Below are positions 29,792 through 39,350 of a stretch of 64,000 nucleotides of DNA, one piece after another. The DNA comes from Burkholderiales bacterium (GTDB lineage: Bacteria > Pseudomonadota > Gammaproteobacteria > Burkholderiales > Burkholderiaceae_C). The DNA lies in the NCBI GenBank assembly GCA_038243995.1, contig JBBRTV010000010.1, positions 82,431-146,430 of the forward strand. The letters are read 5' to 3'. The position numbers and the translations under genes are program-made. The notes under the pieces were generated by a model. The model was not told where the DNA came from. It saw only the letters and a list, made by a program, of their open reading frames with translations, and did no database searches. Numbering within the stretch: position 1 is the first letter of the stretch; every line of letters starts with the position of its first letter.

Positions 29792-32593
29792 ATGATCCTC
29801 CAGCCTCAACCGCTCGCCGCCGCTGCGGCTCTCGTCCTGCTCGGCACCTGCGTTCCGGCGCAGGTACTGGCCCAGGCTGCCGCTGCGCGGGCGGCCGCGG
29901 CCGCGGCGACGGCTCCGGCCGCGACGCCGGCGTCCGCAGCCGCGGCGGACGAACTCCAGCACGTCGAGGTCACCGGCCTGCGCGCCTCGCTCGAGCAATC
30001 GCTCGCCAAGAAGCGCAACGCCGATTCCGTCATCGAGGTCGTGACCGCCGACGACATCGGCAAGCTCCCCGACAAGAACGTCGCCGATGCGATCCAGCGC
30101 GTGCCGGGCGTCAATATCGCGTCGTCGGCGGGCGGGGAAGGCGGCTTCTCCGAGAACGACCGCGTGAGCATCCGTGGCACCAGCCCCAGCCTGACGCAGA
30201 CGCTGATCAACGGGCATGCCGTCGCCTCCGGCGACTGGTTCATCCTCGACCAGCAGGGCGTGGTGGGACGCAGCGTCAGCTATTCGCTGCTGCCGTCGGA
30301 GATCGTCAAGTCGGTGACCGTTGCCAAGAGCCAGACCGCCGACCTGCCCGAAGGTGGCGTCGCGGGCTCGGTGAACATCGAGACGCGCCGTCCGCTCGAC
30401 TTCAGCAAGGCGCTCACCGTCGAACTCGCCGCGCAGGCGATCTACGCCGACCTCGCCAGGCGCACCGACCCGCAGTTCAACGGGCTGCTCAACTGGAAGA
30501 ACGAGGCCGGCACCCTCGGCGTCCTGTTGCAGGCGTTCTCCGAAACCCGACACGAGCGCCGCGACGGCCAGGAGACGTTCGGCTACGGCACCATAGACCC
30601 CGGCAGCGCCGCGGCGGTCGCCCACCCCGACCTGGCGAACGTGCTCGTGCCCTACGGCGTCAACTCGGCCTTGTTCGAGCAGACGCGCAAGCGCACCGGC
30701 GGACTGGTCGACCTGGAACTCAAGCCGAACAGCCAGCTCACGCTCGACCTGAACGGCTTCTATTCCCGCCTGAACGCGAGCAACTACAACCGCAGCTTCT
30801 ACAGCACGCCGGCCAGCCTCGTGATCGCGGCGGTTCCCGACAGCTACACCGTGCGCAACAACACGCTGGTGGCCGCGAATTTCTCTCCCGCGGCGGTGGC
30901 CGCCGGCATCGCCGCGACGACCGATCCGGGCGCGCTGTTCCAGGCGGTGCCGGCCGAGGTCGACCAGCTCTATCGCCCGAACGAGGGCGCCGAGACGTAC
31001 TACGGCGACTTGAGCGCCAGGTACCGGGCGACGGACAGCCTCACGATCACGACCAACCTCGGCTACACGCACGGCGTCGGCAAGACGCCCAACGAATACG
31101 GCTACTCGGCGGGCATCGGCCTGGACGGCACGGTCGGCATGAACTACGCGCTGCACGGCATGGGGGCCGCCGACCTCGCGCTCCCGGGCGCCGACGTGGC
31201 GAACTTCGGCACGTCGGCGTTCACCGAAGGCGGCGCGCACGACCAGGTGTTCACGTACGACAGCGAGAAATATGGCGGCGTGGACGCCGAGCTCGCGCTC
31301 GACCACGGCATCTGGGAGTCGGCCAGGTTCGGCGCGCGTTACGTAGAGCACAGCCGCCGCACGGCCTGGCCCGTCAACGACAGCTGCCAGGGCCCGGACA
31401 ATGCGGCGAATCCCGGCCCGTGCGACTTCTCGTACGGTGCGCCACGGCCGGCCTGGACTCCCGGCCACGTCTATCCCGGCAACTTCGGATCGGGTTTCGG
31501 CGGCGGCCCGGGGTCCCTGAAGAACGTGTGGCAGCTCGCGCCGTCGGACGTGGAGACGTGGGTGAAGCAGTACGCAAGCAACGGCGGCTTCGCCAGCACC
31601 GAGAACTGGCCCGCAGAATTCAGCGTGCGCGAAAGGGACACGGCTGCCTACGGCATGGTCAACCTCGCCGGCGACCGCTGGCGGGGCAACGTCGGCCTGC
31701 GCGTGGTGTCGACGCACCAGATGTCGATTTCCAACCTGTCGACGGGCGACGCGGATCCGGGCGGCAACTCGCATGGGCTCTACACGCCGACGCTCGTGGA
31801 CCACACGTTCACCGACCTGCTGCCGAGCGCCAACTTCAGGTTCGACCTGGGCAAGGACCTCGTGACGCGCGTCGCCGTCGCGCGCACGATGGCGCGCGCC
31901 GACTACAGCGCGCTGGCGACGGCGGTCTCGCTCGATGACACGCTGCACACCGGCAGTGGCGGCAACCCCAACCTGAAGCCCGTGCGCTCGACCAACTACG
32001 ACGCCACGCTCGAGTGGTACTTCGCGCCCAAGTCGCTGCTCTCGGCCGGCGTGTTCTACATGGACATCTCGTCCTACGTCGACTACGGTTCGGCTCCGGC
32101 CACCTACACCGACACCACCCACGGGGGCCACCCGGCGGTCTACGACATCACGTCGCCCGTGAACATCGCCGCGACCAACAAGGGCATCGAGCTGGGCTAC
32201 CAGCAGGCGCTGTGGTGGAACCTGGGCGTGGTCGCGAACTACACGTACACCGACGGCAAGACGGCGTCGGGCGCGGAGATGGTGGGCAACTCGAAGAACA
32301 CCTGCAACCTCGAGGCCTACTTCGACAACGACGTGCTGAGTGCCCGCCTCGCGTACACGTATCGCTCCAGCTTCCTGGCGGGCCTGAACTCCAGCTTCGC
32401 CCAGCACGAGGACGGCGTCGGCGAGCTGGCCGCATCGATGGCCTACAAGTTCAGCAAGAACCTCACGTTCACGTTCGACGCGCTCAACCTCAACAACCCC
32501 ACGTTGAAGTACTACGGCGAGAACAGGAGCCAGATGGAAGCGCTCTATACCAGCGGCCGCCAGTTCTACCTGGGCGTGCGCGTGTCGCTCTGA
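29792..32593 (+). CDS. TonB-dependent receptor 2
   Basis: Signal peptide, VEVTGLRASL, ADDIGKLPDKNVADAIQRVPGV, GNPNLKP, GRQFYLGVRVSL. Confidence 0.95.
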   Translation: MILQPQPLAAAAALVLLGTCVPAQVLAQAAAARAAAAAATAPAATPASAAAADELQHVEVTGLRASLEQSLAKKRNADSVIEVVTADDIGKLPDKNVADAIQRVPGVNIASSAGGEGGFSENDRVSIRGTSPSLTQTLINGHAVASGDWFILDQQGVVGRSVSYSLLPSEIVKSVTVAKSQTADLPEGGVAGSVNIETRRPLDFSKALTVELAAQAIYADLARRTDPQFNGLLNWKNEAGTLGVLLQAFSETRHERRDGQETFGYGTIDPGSAAAVAHPDLANVLVPYGVNSALFEQTRKRTGGLVDLELKPNSQLTLDLNGFYSRLNASNYNRSFYSTPASLVIAAVPDSYTVRNNTLVAANFSPAAVAAGIAATTDPGALFQAVPAEVDQLYRPNEGAETYYGDLSARYRATDSLTITTNLGYTHGVGKTPNEYGYSAGIGLDGTVGMNYALHGMGAADLALPGADVANFGTSAFTEGGAHDQVFTYDSEKYGGVDAELALDHGIWESARFGARYVEHSRRTAWPVNDSCQGPDNAANPGPCDFSYGAPRPAWTPGHVYPGNFGSGFGGGPGSLKNVWQLAPSDVETWVKQYASNGGFASTENWPAEFSVRERDTAAYGMVNLAGDRWRGNVGLRVVSTHQMSISNLSTGDADPGGNSHGLYTPTLVDHTFTDLLPSANFRFDLGKDLVTRVAVARTMARADYSALATAVSLDDTLHTGSGGNPNLKPVRSTNYDATLEWYFAPKSLLSAGVFYMDISSYVDYGSAPATYTDTTHGGHPAVYDITSPVNIAATNKGIELGYQQALWWNLGVVANYTYTDGKTASGAEMVGNSKNTCNLEAYFDNDVLSARLAYTYRSSFLAGLNSSFAQHEDGVGELAASMAYKFSKNLTFTFDALNLNNPTLKYYGENRSQMEALYTSGRQFYLGVRVSL

Positions 32594-32660
32594 CGCCGAC
32601 GCGGCCCCGCCGCATCGATGCCGAAGAGACTGGAATATCCTGCCCTGCCCGATCGCCGGC

Positions 32661-33977
32661 TCAGTGCAGGTCGCCAGGTTCCGGCTCGCCTCCCCCGGCA
32701 TGGATGTGGCGGCTCGCGCGGCGCGTGGCGATGGTCACCAGCACGACCAGCACCGGCACGCTGGCGCCCACGACGAGATCGGGGTTCAGGCCGATGCCGA
32801 TGCTCTTGAGCCCCTTGGCCGCATAGCCGACCAGTCCGGCGGCGTAGTACACGATGGCGGCGACGGAGAGGCCTTCGACGGTCTGCTGCAGTCGCAACTG
32901 CAACTTCGCGCGCCGATCCATCGACGCCAGCAAGGCCTGGTTCTGGCGTTCGCGGGCGATGTCGACCCGCGTGAGCAGCAAGCCGCTCGCGCGCGCGACC
33001 CGTTCGGACAGGGCGTGGAGGCGTTCCGCGACGGCCGCGCAGGTGGCGATGGCCGGCGTGAACCGGCGCGCCATGAATTCCTCGATGGGCTGGACGCCGG
33101 GCAGGCGGCGCTCGCGCAGTTCGTCGATCCGCGCGCGCACCAGGTCGCCGTACGCGCGACAGGCGCTGAAGCGGAACTGGCTGCCCGCCAATCCGCTCTC
33201 GACCTGGGCCGCCAGGTCGGTGAGCCGATGGAGGAGCGCCTCGTCGTCCCGCGAGTCCTCGGCGATCGCGGCGGTGATGGAGGCGAGGGCCGCCTCCAGC
33301 GTCGCGAGCCGGGCCGATTGCTGGTGGGCGATGGGCAAGGCCAGCAAGGCCATCATCCGGTAGGTCTCGATCTCCAGCAGGCGCTGCATCATCCGGCCCG
33401 TCTGGCGTACGGTGAACCCCGCGTCGACCAGGAGAAAGCGCGAGTAGCCGTCGGCATGGATCCGGAAGTCGGTGTAGGCCGCGCCCGCCCCGTCCCCCAC
33501 TTCGCCGCCCGCCACGACGTTGCCGTCGAAATGCGCAGCGATGAAGTCGGCGTCGCAAGTCGCCGGCGCGGCGATCACCTTGCAGTGGGTCGCGACCAGC
33601 GTGCGCCCGGGAATCGCGGCCAGCCAGCCGGGAGGCAATCGCATCACGGGCGGCTCGCTGAACGGCGCGGGGCTGAGCCCGGCGAGCCTGAACGTGTAGC
33701 CCGAGAACTCGCTGTGGCGCTCCCACCGCACGTGCAGTTCGCCGAGCCGCACGCTGAAATGGTTGGACGACGCGTCGGGCGGCTCGACGCCGAAACCCGC
33801 GCACAGGGCGGCGAGGTGCTCGAGCTCGCGTGCCCGGTCGTCCGGGGCGATCAGCACCGCCAGGAAGCTCGCGCGAGACGGCGTCGCGATCGCTTCGGAG
33901 GGGCGCGCATGCACCTCGCCGGCGAGCAGCGAGCGCAGGGGATGTTGGCAGGCCAGGAGTGGCGATTCAGGAAGCAT
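32661..33977 (-). CDS. DUF3422 family membrane-anchored protein
   Basis: GEVHARP, RWERHSEFSGYTF, GRMMQRLLEIETYRMMALLALP, LRLQQTVEGLSVAAIVYY. Confidence 0.85.
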   Translation of the reverse strand: MLPESPLLACQHPLRSLLAGEVHARPSEAIATPSRASFLAVLIAPDDRARELEHLAALCAGFGVEPPDASSNHFSVRLGELHVRWERHSEFSGYTFRLAGLSPAPFSEPPVMRLPPGWLAAIPGRTLVATHCKVIAAPATCDADFIAAHFDGNVVAGGEVGDGAGAAYTDFRIHADGYSRFLLVDAGFTVRQTGRMMQRLLEIETYRMMALLALPIAHQQSARLATLEAALASITAAIAEDSRDDEALLHRLTDLAAQVESGLAGSQFRFSACRAYGDLVRARIDELRERRLPGVQPIEEFMARRFTPAIATCAAVAERLHALSERVARASGLLLTRVDIARERQNQALLASMDRRAKLQLRLQQTVEGLSVAAIVYYAAGLVGYAAKGLKSIGIGLNPDLVVGASVPVLVVLVTIATRRASRHIHAGGGEPEPGDLH

Positions 33978-34178
33978 GGGTGGCCTTCGGTCCGCGTGCG
34001 GACGCCGGCGATGCGCGCCGTCGGCTGCGACCGGGTGTCGCCCCCGAAATGTAGGGCGCTTCGGGGCCCGGAGGCAACGTACACCGGCGCCGGCGTGCCG
34101 ACCCGGGCGCGGCGCGCTGGCGCGAAGCGAGGCACACTCTGGAGGCAACGAGTCGTTGCGTCGACCGAGAACCCGCAC

Positions 34179-34610
34179 ATGCCCTCCCGCAACATCACGC
34201 GAAGAAGCGCCGCGATCCTGGTGGCCAGCCTGCCCGTCGGGCGCTTCGCGTTCGCCGCCCGCGAGGGCGTGGAGATCAGGTTCGTGATCAAGCGCGAACA
34301 GCGCCAGCCCTCGGGGGCCATCGCGGAGCGCCGCTTCGAGAACGCCATGCTGATGGCGTCGGGTGAGACGATGGAAGTCGACTTTCGCGACGAATATCGC
34401 ATCCGCATGACGACGACGATCGCCGGGGCGTCCGCCAACGTCAAGCTCCAGGTGTGGGACAACCACGAGACGGGCACACGCGCCGATGCCGGCCAAGCCA
34501 TGACGAGCGTTCCCCTGGACGGGGAGACGACGCTGACGCTGCTCAAGTCGGACAACGTCCATTATCCGATCGTCCTGAAGGCGACGCGCCGCGCGCTCTC
34601 CACCCGCTGA
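34179..34610 (+). CDS. Hypothetical exported protein (143 aa)
   Basis: N-terminus MPSRNITRRSAAILVASL...FAFA resembles a signal peptide; beta-rich body; no family recognised. Confidence 0.5.
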   Translation: MPSRNITRRSAAILVASLPVGRFAFAAREGVEIRFVIKREQRQPSGAIAERRFENAMLMASGETMEVDFRDEYRIRMTTTIAGASANVKLQVWDNHETGTRADAGQAMTSVPLDGETTLTLLKSDNVHYPIVLKATRRALSTR

Positions 34611-34615
34611 GGACG

Positions 34616-34650
34616 AAAAAATCCGGTCGACACCCCGAAGCGTCGACCGG
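34616..34650 (-). terminator. Intrinsic terminator (probably for the GH8 gene)
   Basis: A-run followed by CCGGTCGAC-N10-GTCGACCGG. Confidence 0.55.
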
Positions 34651-34770
34651 CTCGCAATGCCCAAGGGAATTGGGCTCGCCCGAAATCGAATTCCGGCAGC
34701 GTCGCCTGCAGCCGCAGGATCGCCTCTCCAGGGCGCCCTAACCCCTGCGCGCGGCGGCGGCGTCAGTGCG

Positions 34771-36189
34771 TCAAGGCGTCCACCAGTTGCCCGACACGGT
34801 GATCAGCACCTGCATGCGGATCGTGTCGCCGTAGTAGTCGTTGGTGGTGCCGTAGTCGCCGCCGGTGATCGAGGTCCACAGGCTGTTGAGCCAGGCCTGG
34901 CCGGCGGAGCCGCCGAGCATCGCGTCGACGGCCATCGGCGCCGTGAACGCCAGGTCGTCGTAGCTCACGTACGACTTCCCGTTGGTACCGTTCTTGATGT
35001 AGTAGCCCGCGCGCACCTTGTTGGGCGTGCCCCCGGTCAGGCCCCGGATCCACGACGCGGTTTTCACCTGCGTCGCCTGCATGTCGGTCTTGCCGTTGGC
35101 AATGTAGGACATCGACAGGCGCCACGGCGTGCGGCAGGCGTTGTAGTCGAAGTCGCCGTCGTGCTTCGTCTCGAGATAGGTGCCCGGGACCGGCACGAAG
35201 TTCGAGCCCGAGAGCACCATGAAGTCAGGGAGGATGCCGGTCGCGCCGCTGCCGTGCGCGTACTGGTAGTTCACGATCGTCGAGACCTCGTTGTAGACGT
35301 TGTTCCACTTCGAGGTGTTGGCCGTGTCGTATTTCGCGAACGCGATGAAGTGATCCGTCATGTAGTCCGACGGGCGCGTGTGGTTCTCGTCGCTGGTCGT
35401 GCCGTGTGCCCAGTCGCCGGCGGTCAGGTTCCAGTGGGTCTGGTTGACGTCCCAGGTCAGGATGTCGTGGAGGATGGCGAGCGCCGCGGCCTTGTAATCG
35501 ATGCTGCCCGAGGAGCCCCACTGCTGGTCGGCGACCAGCAGGCCGTAGGCGATGTCGAGGTCGCCGTCGGTCGCCGAATCGGCGCCCTCGACGTTCTTCA
35601 TCGTGCCGCCCGACAGCGACTGCTTCCACGCCATCAGGTGCGGGCCGTTGGTGCTGTAGTGCTTCGTGTAATAGCCGTACATCGCATCGAACGTCGACTG
35701 GTCGGCCATGTACGCGGAAATCACCATGCCGTAGCCGTGCGCCTCGGAGACGGTGTTGTTGCCGCTGTCGTACTTGACCCAGGTTCCCTGTCCGCCGCTG
35801 GTGCGCAGGTAGGTCGTCTTCCAGCTCGCATAGAGGCTCTGCACCTTCGCGTCCATCGTCGATTGCGAGACGTTGGTCGGCTTGATGACGCCGCTCGTGT
35901 AGGTGGTGTGGTGCGGGAACGGCTTCGTGGCGGCCAGCGGCACCGTGGCCAGGGGCTCGGCGACAGCGCCGGCGAGCGCGGCGCTGTCGGATTCGGTCGT
36001 CGCCGACTCGATGCCCATGGATCGCGCATCGCCCGCAGGCGCGCGGGCGTGCGTGGCGCGCACGCCGACGCTCGCCGACTGGGGCGTCGTGACGGGGGCG
36101 ACCGGCGTGCTGTCCGCGCCGCCGCCGCAGGCCGCCAGCAAGGCAGCCGTCACGAGCGACAACGGAAATCCCATCTGTCTCGTCTTCAT
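34771..36189 (-). CDS. GH8 chitosanase/lichenase-type lipoprotein
   Basis: Lipobox LAAC; KPFP...GVIKP, VSEAHGYGM, DSATDGDLDIAYGLL, TRPSD, TGILPDF, YNACRTPWR, VSGNWW.P match Bacillus GH8 chitosanases from recall; AGGAG RBS. Confidence 0.85.
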   Translation of the reverse strand: MKTRQMGFPLSLVTAALLAACGGGADSTPVAPVTTPQSASVGVRATHARAPAGDARSMGIESATTESDSAALAGAVAEPLATVPLAATKPFPHHTTYTSGVIKPTNVSQSTMDAKVQSLYASWKTTYLRTSGGQGTWVKYDSGNNTVSEAHGYGMVISAYMADQSTFDAMYGYYTKHYSTNGPHLMAWKQSLSGGTMKNVEGADSATDGDLDIAYGLLVADQQWGSSGSIDYKAAALAILHDILTWDVNQTHWNLTAGDWAHGTTSDENHTRPSDYMTDHFIAFAKYDTANTSKWNNVYNEVSTIVNYQYAHGSGATGILPDFMVLSGSNFVPVPGTYLETKHDGDFDYNACRTPWRLSMSYIANGKTDMQATQVKTASWIRGLTGGTPNKVRAGYYIKNGTNGKSYVSYDDLAFTAPMAVDAMLGGSAGQAWLNSLWTSITGGDYGTTNDYYGDTIRMQVLITVSGNWWTP

Positions 36190-36207
36190 CGATATCTCCT
36201 CGAGTTC

Positions 36208-36215
36208 AATCAAAT
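36208..36215 (-). promoter_or_regulatory. ATTTGATT motif upstream of the GH8 gene
   Basis: Plus strand AATCAAAT, 18 bp upstream of the start codon. Confidence 0.45.
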
Positions 36216-36399
36216 CGGAATCGCATCGGGCAGCGCCCGCGATGGGGCGCCGCGCGTCTGGCCGGTTGTTCTGCGCAGAGTGGATCGATCTCCTTGGGAC
36301 GGGCGGGGCTTCGTTCAACACCCTCGCCGTGCGCGATTGCAGCGCGCAGGCGGGAACGAGCGGGACGTGTGTCGCGGGTCGACGGGCGCGCGGGGCCGG

Positions 36400-37626
36400 T
36401 CACGCATGCGCGTCGACCTTCAGCAGCACGCCCAGGTTGGGATTGAGTTCGTCGAAGATCGGCAGCGCGGCGGCACCGAGCGCGGCGGTGTCGTGGCCCG
36501 CCAACCCCGCGATGACGCGCGGCGTCTGGCGATTGCGGCGCGCGGCCACGGAGGTGTGGAGCGGCTCGAGGCGCTCGATCAGCAGCGCGAGCACCGACGA
36601 CGGCAGGAAGCCCCCGATGACGATCGCCTCGGCGTCCAGCAGCGACTCGAGGATGTTGACGGCCTGGCGCAGGCGCTGCGCCGCCTCGTCGAGCCAGGCA
36701 TCGAGGCGCGCGCGCGCCACGGGGCTCGGATCGAGCAGCATCTGCGGGCTGGCGTGCGCGATGTCGCCCAGCTCGAGCGCCTCGTAGGCCGCCTGCAACG
36801 AAACGTAGCGCTCCAGGCAGCCCCGGTTGCCGCACGGGCAGGGGCGGCCGTCCGGCACCACGATCATGTGCCCGATCTCGCCCGCGTTGTGGCCCGAGCC
36901 CTTGTACAGGTGGCCGTCGTGGAACATGCCGGCGCCGAGGCCCGTGCCGATGAACAGGTAGGTGAAGCTGCGGAAGGTGCGCGCGACGCCGTGCAGGCGT
37001 TCGCCGATCGCCGCGGCGGTGGCGTCGTTCTCCATGATCACCGGCAAGCCGATCGCCTGGCCGATCTGCTGCGCGATCGACAGGTCTTGCCAGCCCGGCA
37101 GGGCCGTGGGGCCGACTGCGCTGAGACCTTCGACGTCGAACGGGCCCGGCACTGCGAGGCCCACGCCCAGCACGCGGCTCCATTCGACGTCCGACGACTT
37201 CTTCAGCGTTTCGACCACGTCGCGCACCAGCGGCAGCGCCTGCGCCGGCGTCGGATGATCGACCGCCAGCGTGCAGCGACCGCGCACCTTTCCCGAGAGG
37301 TCGACCACGACCGCCACCATCGTGCGCTGGTCGATCTGCAATCCGATCGAATAGGCGCCGTCCGGATTGATGACGAACGGCGTCGCCGGCTGCCCGCGCG
37401 TGCCGCGCTCGGGCTCAAGCGCATTCAGGAAGCCGAGCTTCTGCAGCTCGCTGGCGATGTTGGAGATCGTCTGCGGGGTCAATGCCGTCAAGCGGGCGAT
37501 GTCGGCCCGGGTCAGTCGGCCGTGCAGGCGAATGGCCTCCATCACCACGCGCCGGTTGTGCGAACGCGCGAATTCGAGGTTGGTGCCGGACAGGCTGGCG
37601 ACGGGAGGCATGTTCACCGGAGGCAT
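36400..37626 (-). CDS. ROK family transcriptional repressor
   Basis: HTH TRADIARLTALTPQTISNI, MENDATAAAIGE, GTGLGAG, GEIGHM...CPCGNRGCLE. Start is 37626 or 37611. Confidence 0.93.
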   Translation of the reverse strand: MPPVNMPPVASLSGTNLEFARSHNRRVVMEAIRLHGRLTRADIARLTALTPQTISNIASELQKLGFLNALEPERGTRGQPATPFVINPDGAYSIGLQIDQRTMVAVVVDLSGKVRGRCTLAVDHPTPAQALPLVRDVVETLKKSSDVEWSRVLGVGLAVPGPFDVEGLSAVGPTALPGWQDLSIAQQIGQAIGLPVIMENDATAAAIGERLHGVARTFRSFTYLFIGTGLGAGMFHDGHLYKGSGHNAGEIGHMIVVPDGRPCPCGNRGCLERYVSLQAAYEALELGDIAHASPQMLLDPSPVARARLDAWLDEAAQRLRQAVNILESLLDAEAIVIGGFLPSSVLALLIERLEPLHTSVAARRNRQTPRVIAGLAGHDTAALGAAALPIFDELNPNLGVLLKVDAHA

Positions 37627-37647
37627 GGCGATTGAAGGCGATTGCAG

Positions 37648-37670
37648 TTTATTAAAATAATCAAATTGAA
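37648..37670 (-). promoter_or_regulatory. Putative ROK autoregulatory site
   Basis: Minus strand TTCAATTTGATTATTTTAATAAA, a very AT-rich island upstream of the ROK gene. Confidence 0.5.
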
Positions 37671-37911
37671 GTAATACTCGCGAACCCTGAGCGGGGGCGT
37701 TGGCAGGCTGAACCGCGCTTGCCCGATAGCCGCCACGCGCCGGCGCACGACGCACCCGACGTCGATTGGAACTGGCCGCGTCCGGTGTCGCCGGCCGCCG
37801 CACTGTGCCCTCTGACGGCGGCGTTGCGCGCCTTCATTGTGACGTCGATGGGGGGAACGCCGTTGTCATCCGCAGCGATGACGCCGGGTGTAAACCCTCT
37901 CCGTCGGGAAC

Positions 37912-37964
37912 TTGACCACCCGGGCCCTCGTTCTGATAATGAAAACAATTTGATTTAAACCAAA
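37912..37964 (+). promoter_or_regulatory. Sigma70 promoter and putative ROK operator of the ABC operon
   Basis: TTGACC-17 bp-GATAAT, then AAAACAA-T-TTGATTT (imperfect palindrome, 37942-37956) followed by AAACCAAA. Confidence 0.65.
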
Positions 37965-37967
37965 CCG

Positions 37968-39350
37968 ATGACCTGCCTGGATTTCTCGTTGTCCGCGGCC
38001 TGCTCCCGCCCCGCTCCGCCCCGCGCATTTCGTGCCGGGACGCCGGGCGCCGCTGCGCGGCTGCTGGCGGCAGCCTTCCTGGCCACGGCGACGTGCACGA
38101 ACGCTGGCGCCACCGAATTGACGATGTGGGTCATGCCGGTGACGACCAACGCCGCGCACGACATCCCCGCGCTGATCGCCCCCTGGCTCGCCCTCCACCG
38201 GGACGTCACGCTCAAGCTGACCGTGCTGGACTGGGAGTCCGGCTGGAACAAGATCACCGCGGCAGCGGCCTCGCGCCGCGGCCCCGACCTGCTCGAACTC
38301 GGCACCACGTGGATGCCGGCGATCGCGGCGATGGGCGGCCTCGAGCCGCTCAGCGCGGCGCAGCTGGCGCAGGTCGACAACGGCGCGGCCTACTTCCCCG
38401 AATTGTGGAAGACGACGCAGATCTTCGGCCGCAAGGGCGTGTACGGGCTGCCCTGGTACGCCGACGTCCGTGCGGCCTACTACCGCACCGACGCCTTCCG
38501 CCAGGCCGGCGTCGACCCGCAGCAGGCCTTCGCCACGTGGGAAAGCTTCCATGCGGCGCTGAAGAAGATCGACGGCCAGGTCGTCGGCGGCAGGAAGATC
38601 CACGCGCTCGCCTATGCCGGCAAGAACGACTGGAACGTCGTCCACAATCTCGCGCCCTGGATCTGGAACGCGGGTGGCGATGTGCTCACCGCCGATGCGA
38701 AGCATTCCGCGCTGGACACGCCGCAGGCGCTGAGCGCGATCGACTTCTACTCGTCGCTCGCGGTGGAAGGGCTCGTGCCATCCAACGCGCTCGAGAAGGA
38801 TTCCGACATCCTCGAAGGCGCCTTCGTCGGTGGCGACTACGGCGTGATCTTTTCCGGATCCTGGCTGATACGCCGCATCTTCGAGGCGCCCAAGGGCTCG
38901 CCGGTGCAGGGCAATTTCGACGTCGCGCCCTATCCCGCGGGGGCACACGGCCACGCGACATTCTTCGGCGGCTCCAATCTGGCGATCTTCAAGGGCTCGC
39001 GGCACAAGGCCGAAGCCTGGGAGCTGCTGAAATACCTCGGCGCGAAGCCGGCGCAGATCGCGCTGACGCGGATGTCGTCGATGATGCCGACGCGCCCCGA
39101 CGCCGCCGCCGATGCGGCGCTCACCCCGCGCCATCCTGCCTACGCGAAGCTCGCCGCGATCGCCGTCGACGGCCGCGCGTATCCGCCGATCCCGGCGTGG
39201 GGGCCGCTCGAGACGGTCTACACAAAGCACCTGGGGCAGCTCGCGGAGCTGTCGTCGGGCATCTCCGGCCCCTACAGCTTCGCGGCGATGAAGGCCCTGA
39301 TCGCCGGCACGGTCATCGAAGCCGACAAGGTGCTGGAGGAGGCGAATTGA
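37968..39350 (+). CDS. Carbohydrate ABC transporter solute-binding protein
   Basis: GPDLLELGTTW, YGLPWYADVR, FFGGSNLAIFKGS, EAWELLKYL; start codon uncertain. Confidence 0.9.
   Translation: MTCLDFSLSAACSRPAPPRAFRAGTPGAAARLLAAAFLATATCTNAGATELTMWVMPVTTNAAHDIPALIAPWLALHRDVTLKLTVLDWESGWNKITAAAASRRGPDLLELGTTWMPAIAAMGGLEPLSAAQLAQVDNGAAYFPELWKTTQIFGRKGVYGLPWYADVRAAYYRTDAFRQAGVDPQQAFATWESFHAALKKIDGQVVGGRKIHALAYAGKNDWNVVHNLAPWIWNAGGDVLTADAKHSALDTPQALSAIDFYSSLAVEGLVPSNALEKDSDILEGAFVGGDYGVIFSGSWLIRRIFEAPKGSPVQGNFDVAPYPAGAHGHATFFGGSNLAIFKGSRHKAEAWELLKYLGAKPAQIALTRMSSMMPTRPDAAADAALTPRHPAYAKLAAIAVDGRAYPPIPAWGPLETVYTKHLGQLAELSSGISGPYSFAAMKALIAGTVIEADKVLEEAN

Noticed and set aside
32303-32305. TGC (Cys) in TBDR2 where TBDR1 and TBDR3 have TAC (Tyr)
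   Set aside because: A single substitution cannot be distinguished from a private mutation or a read error.
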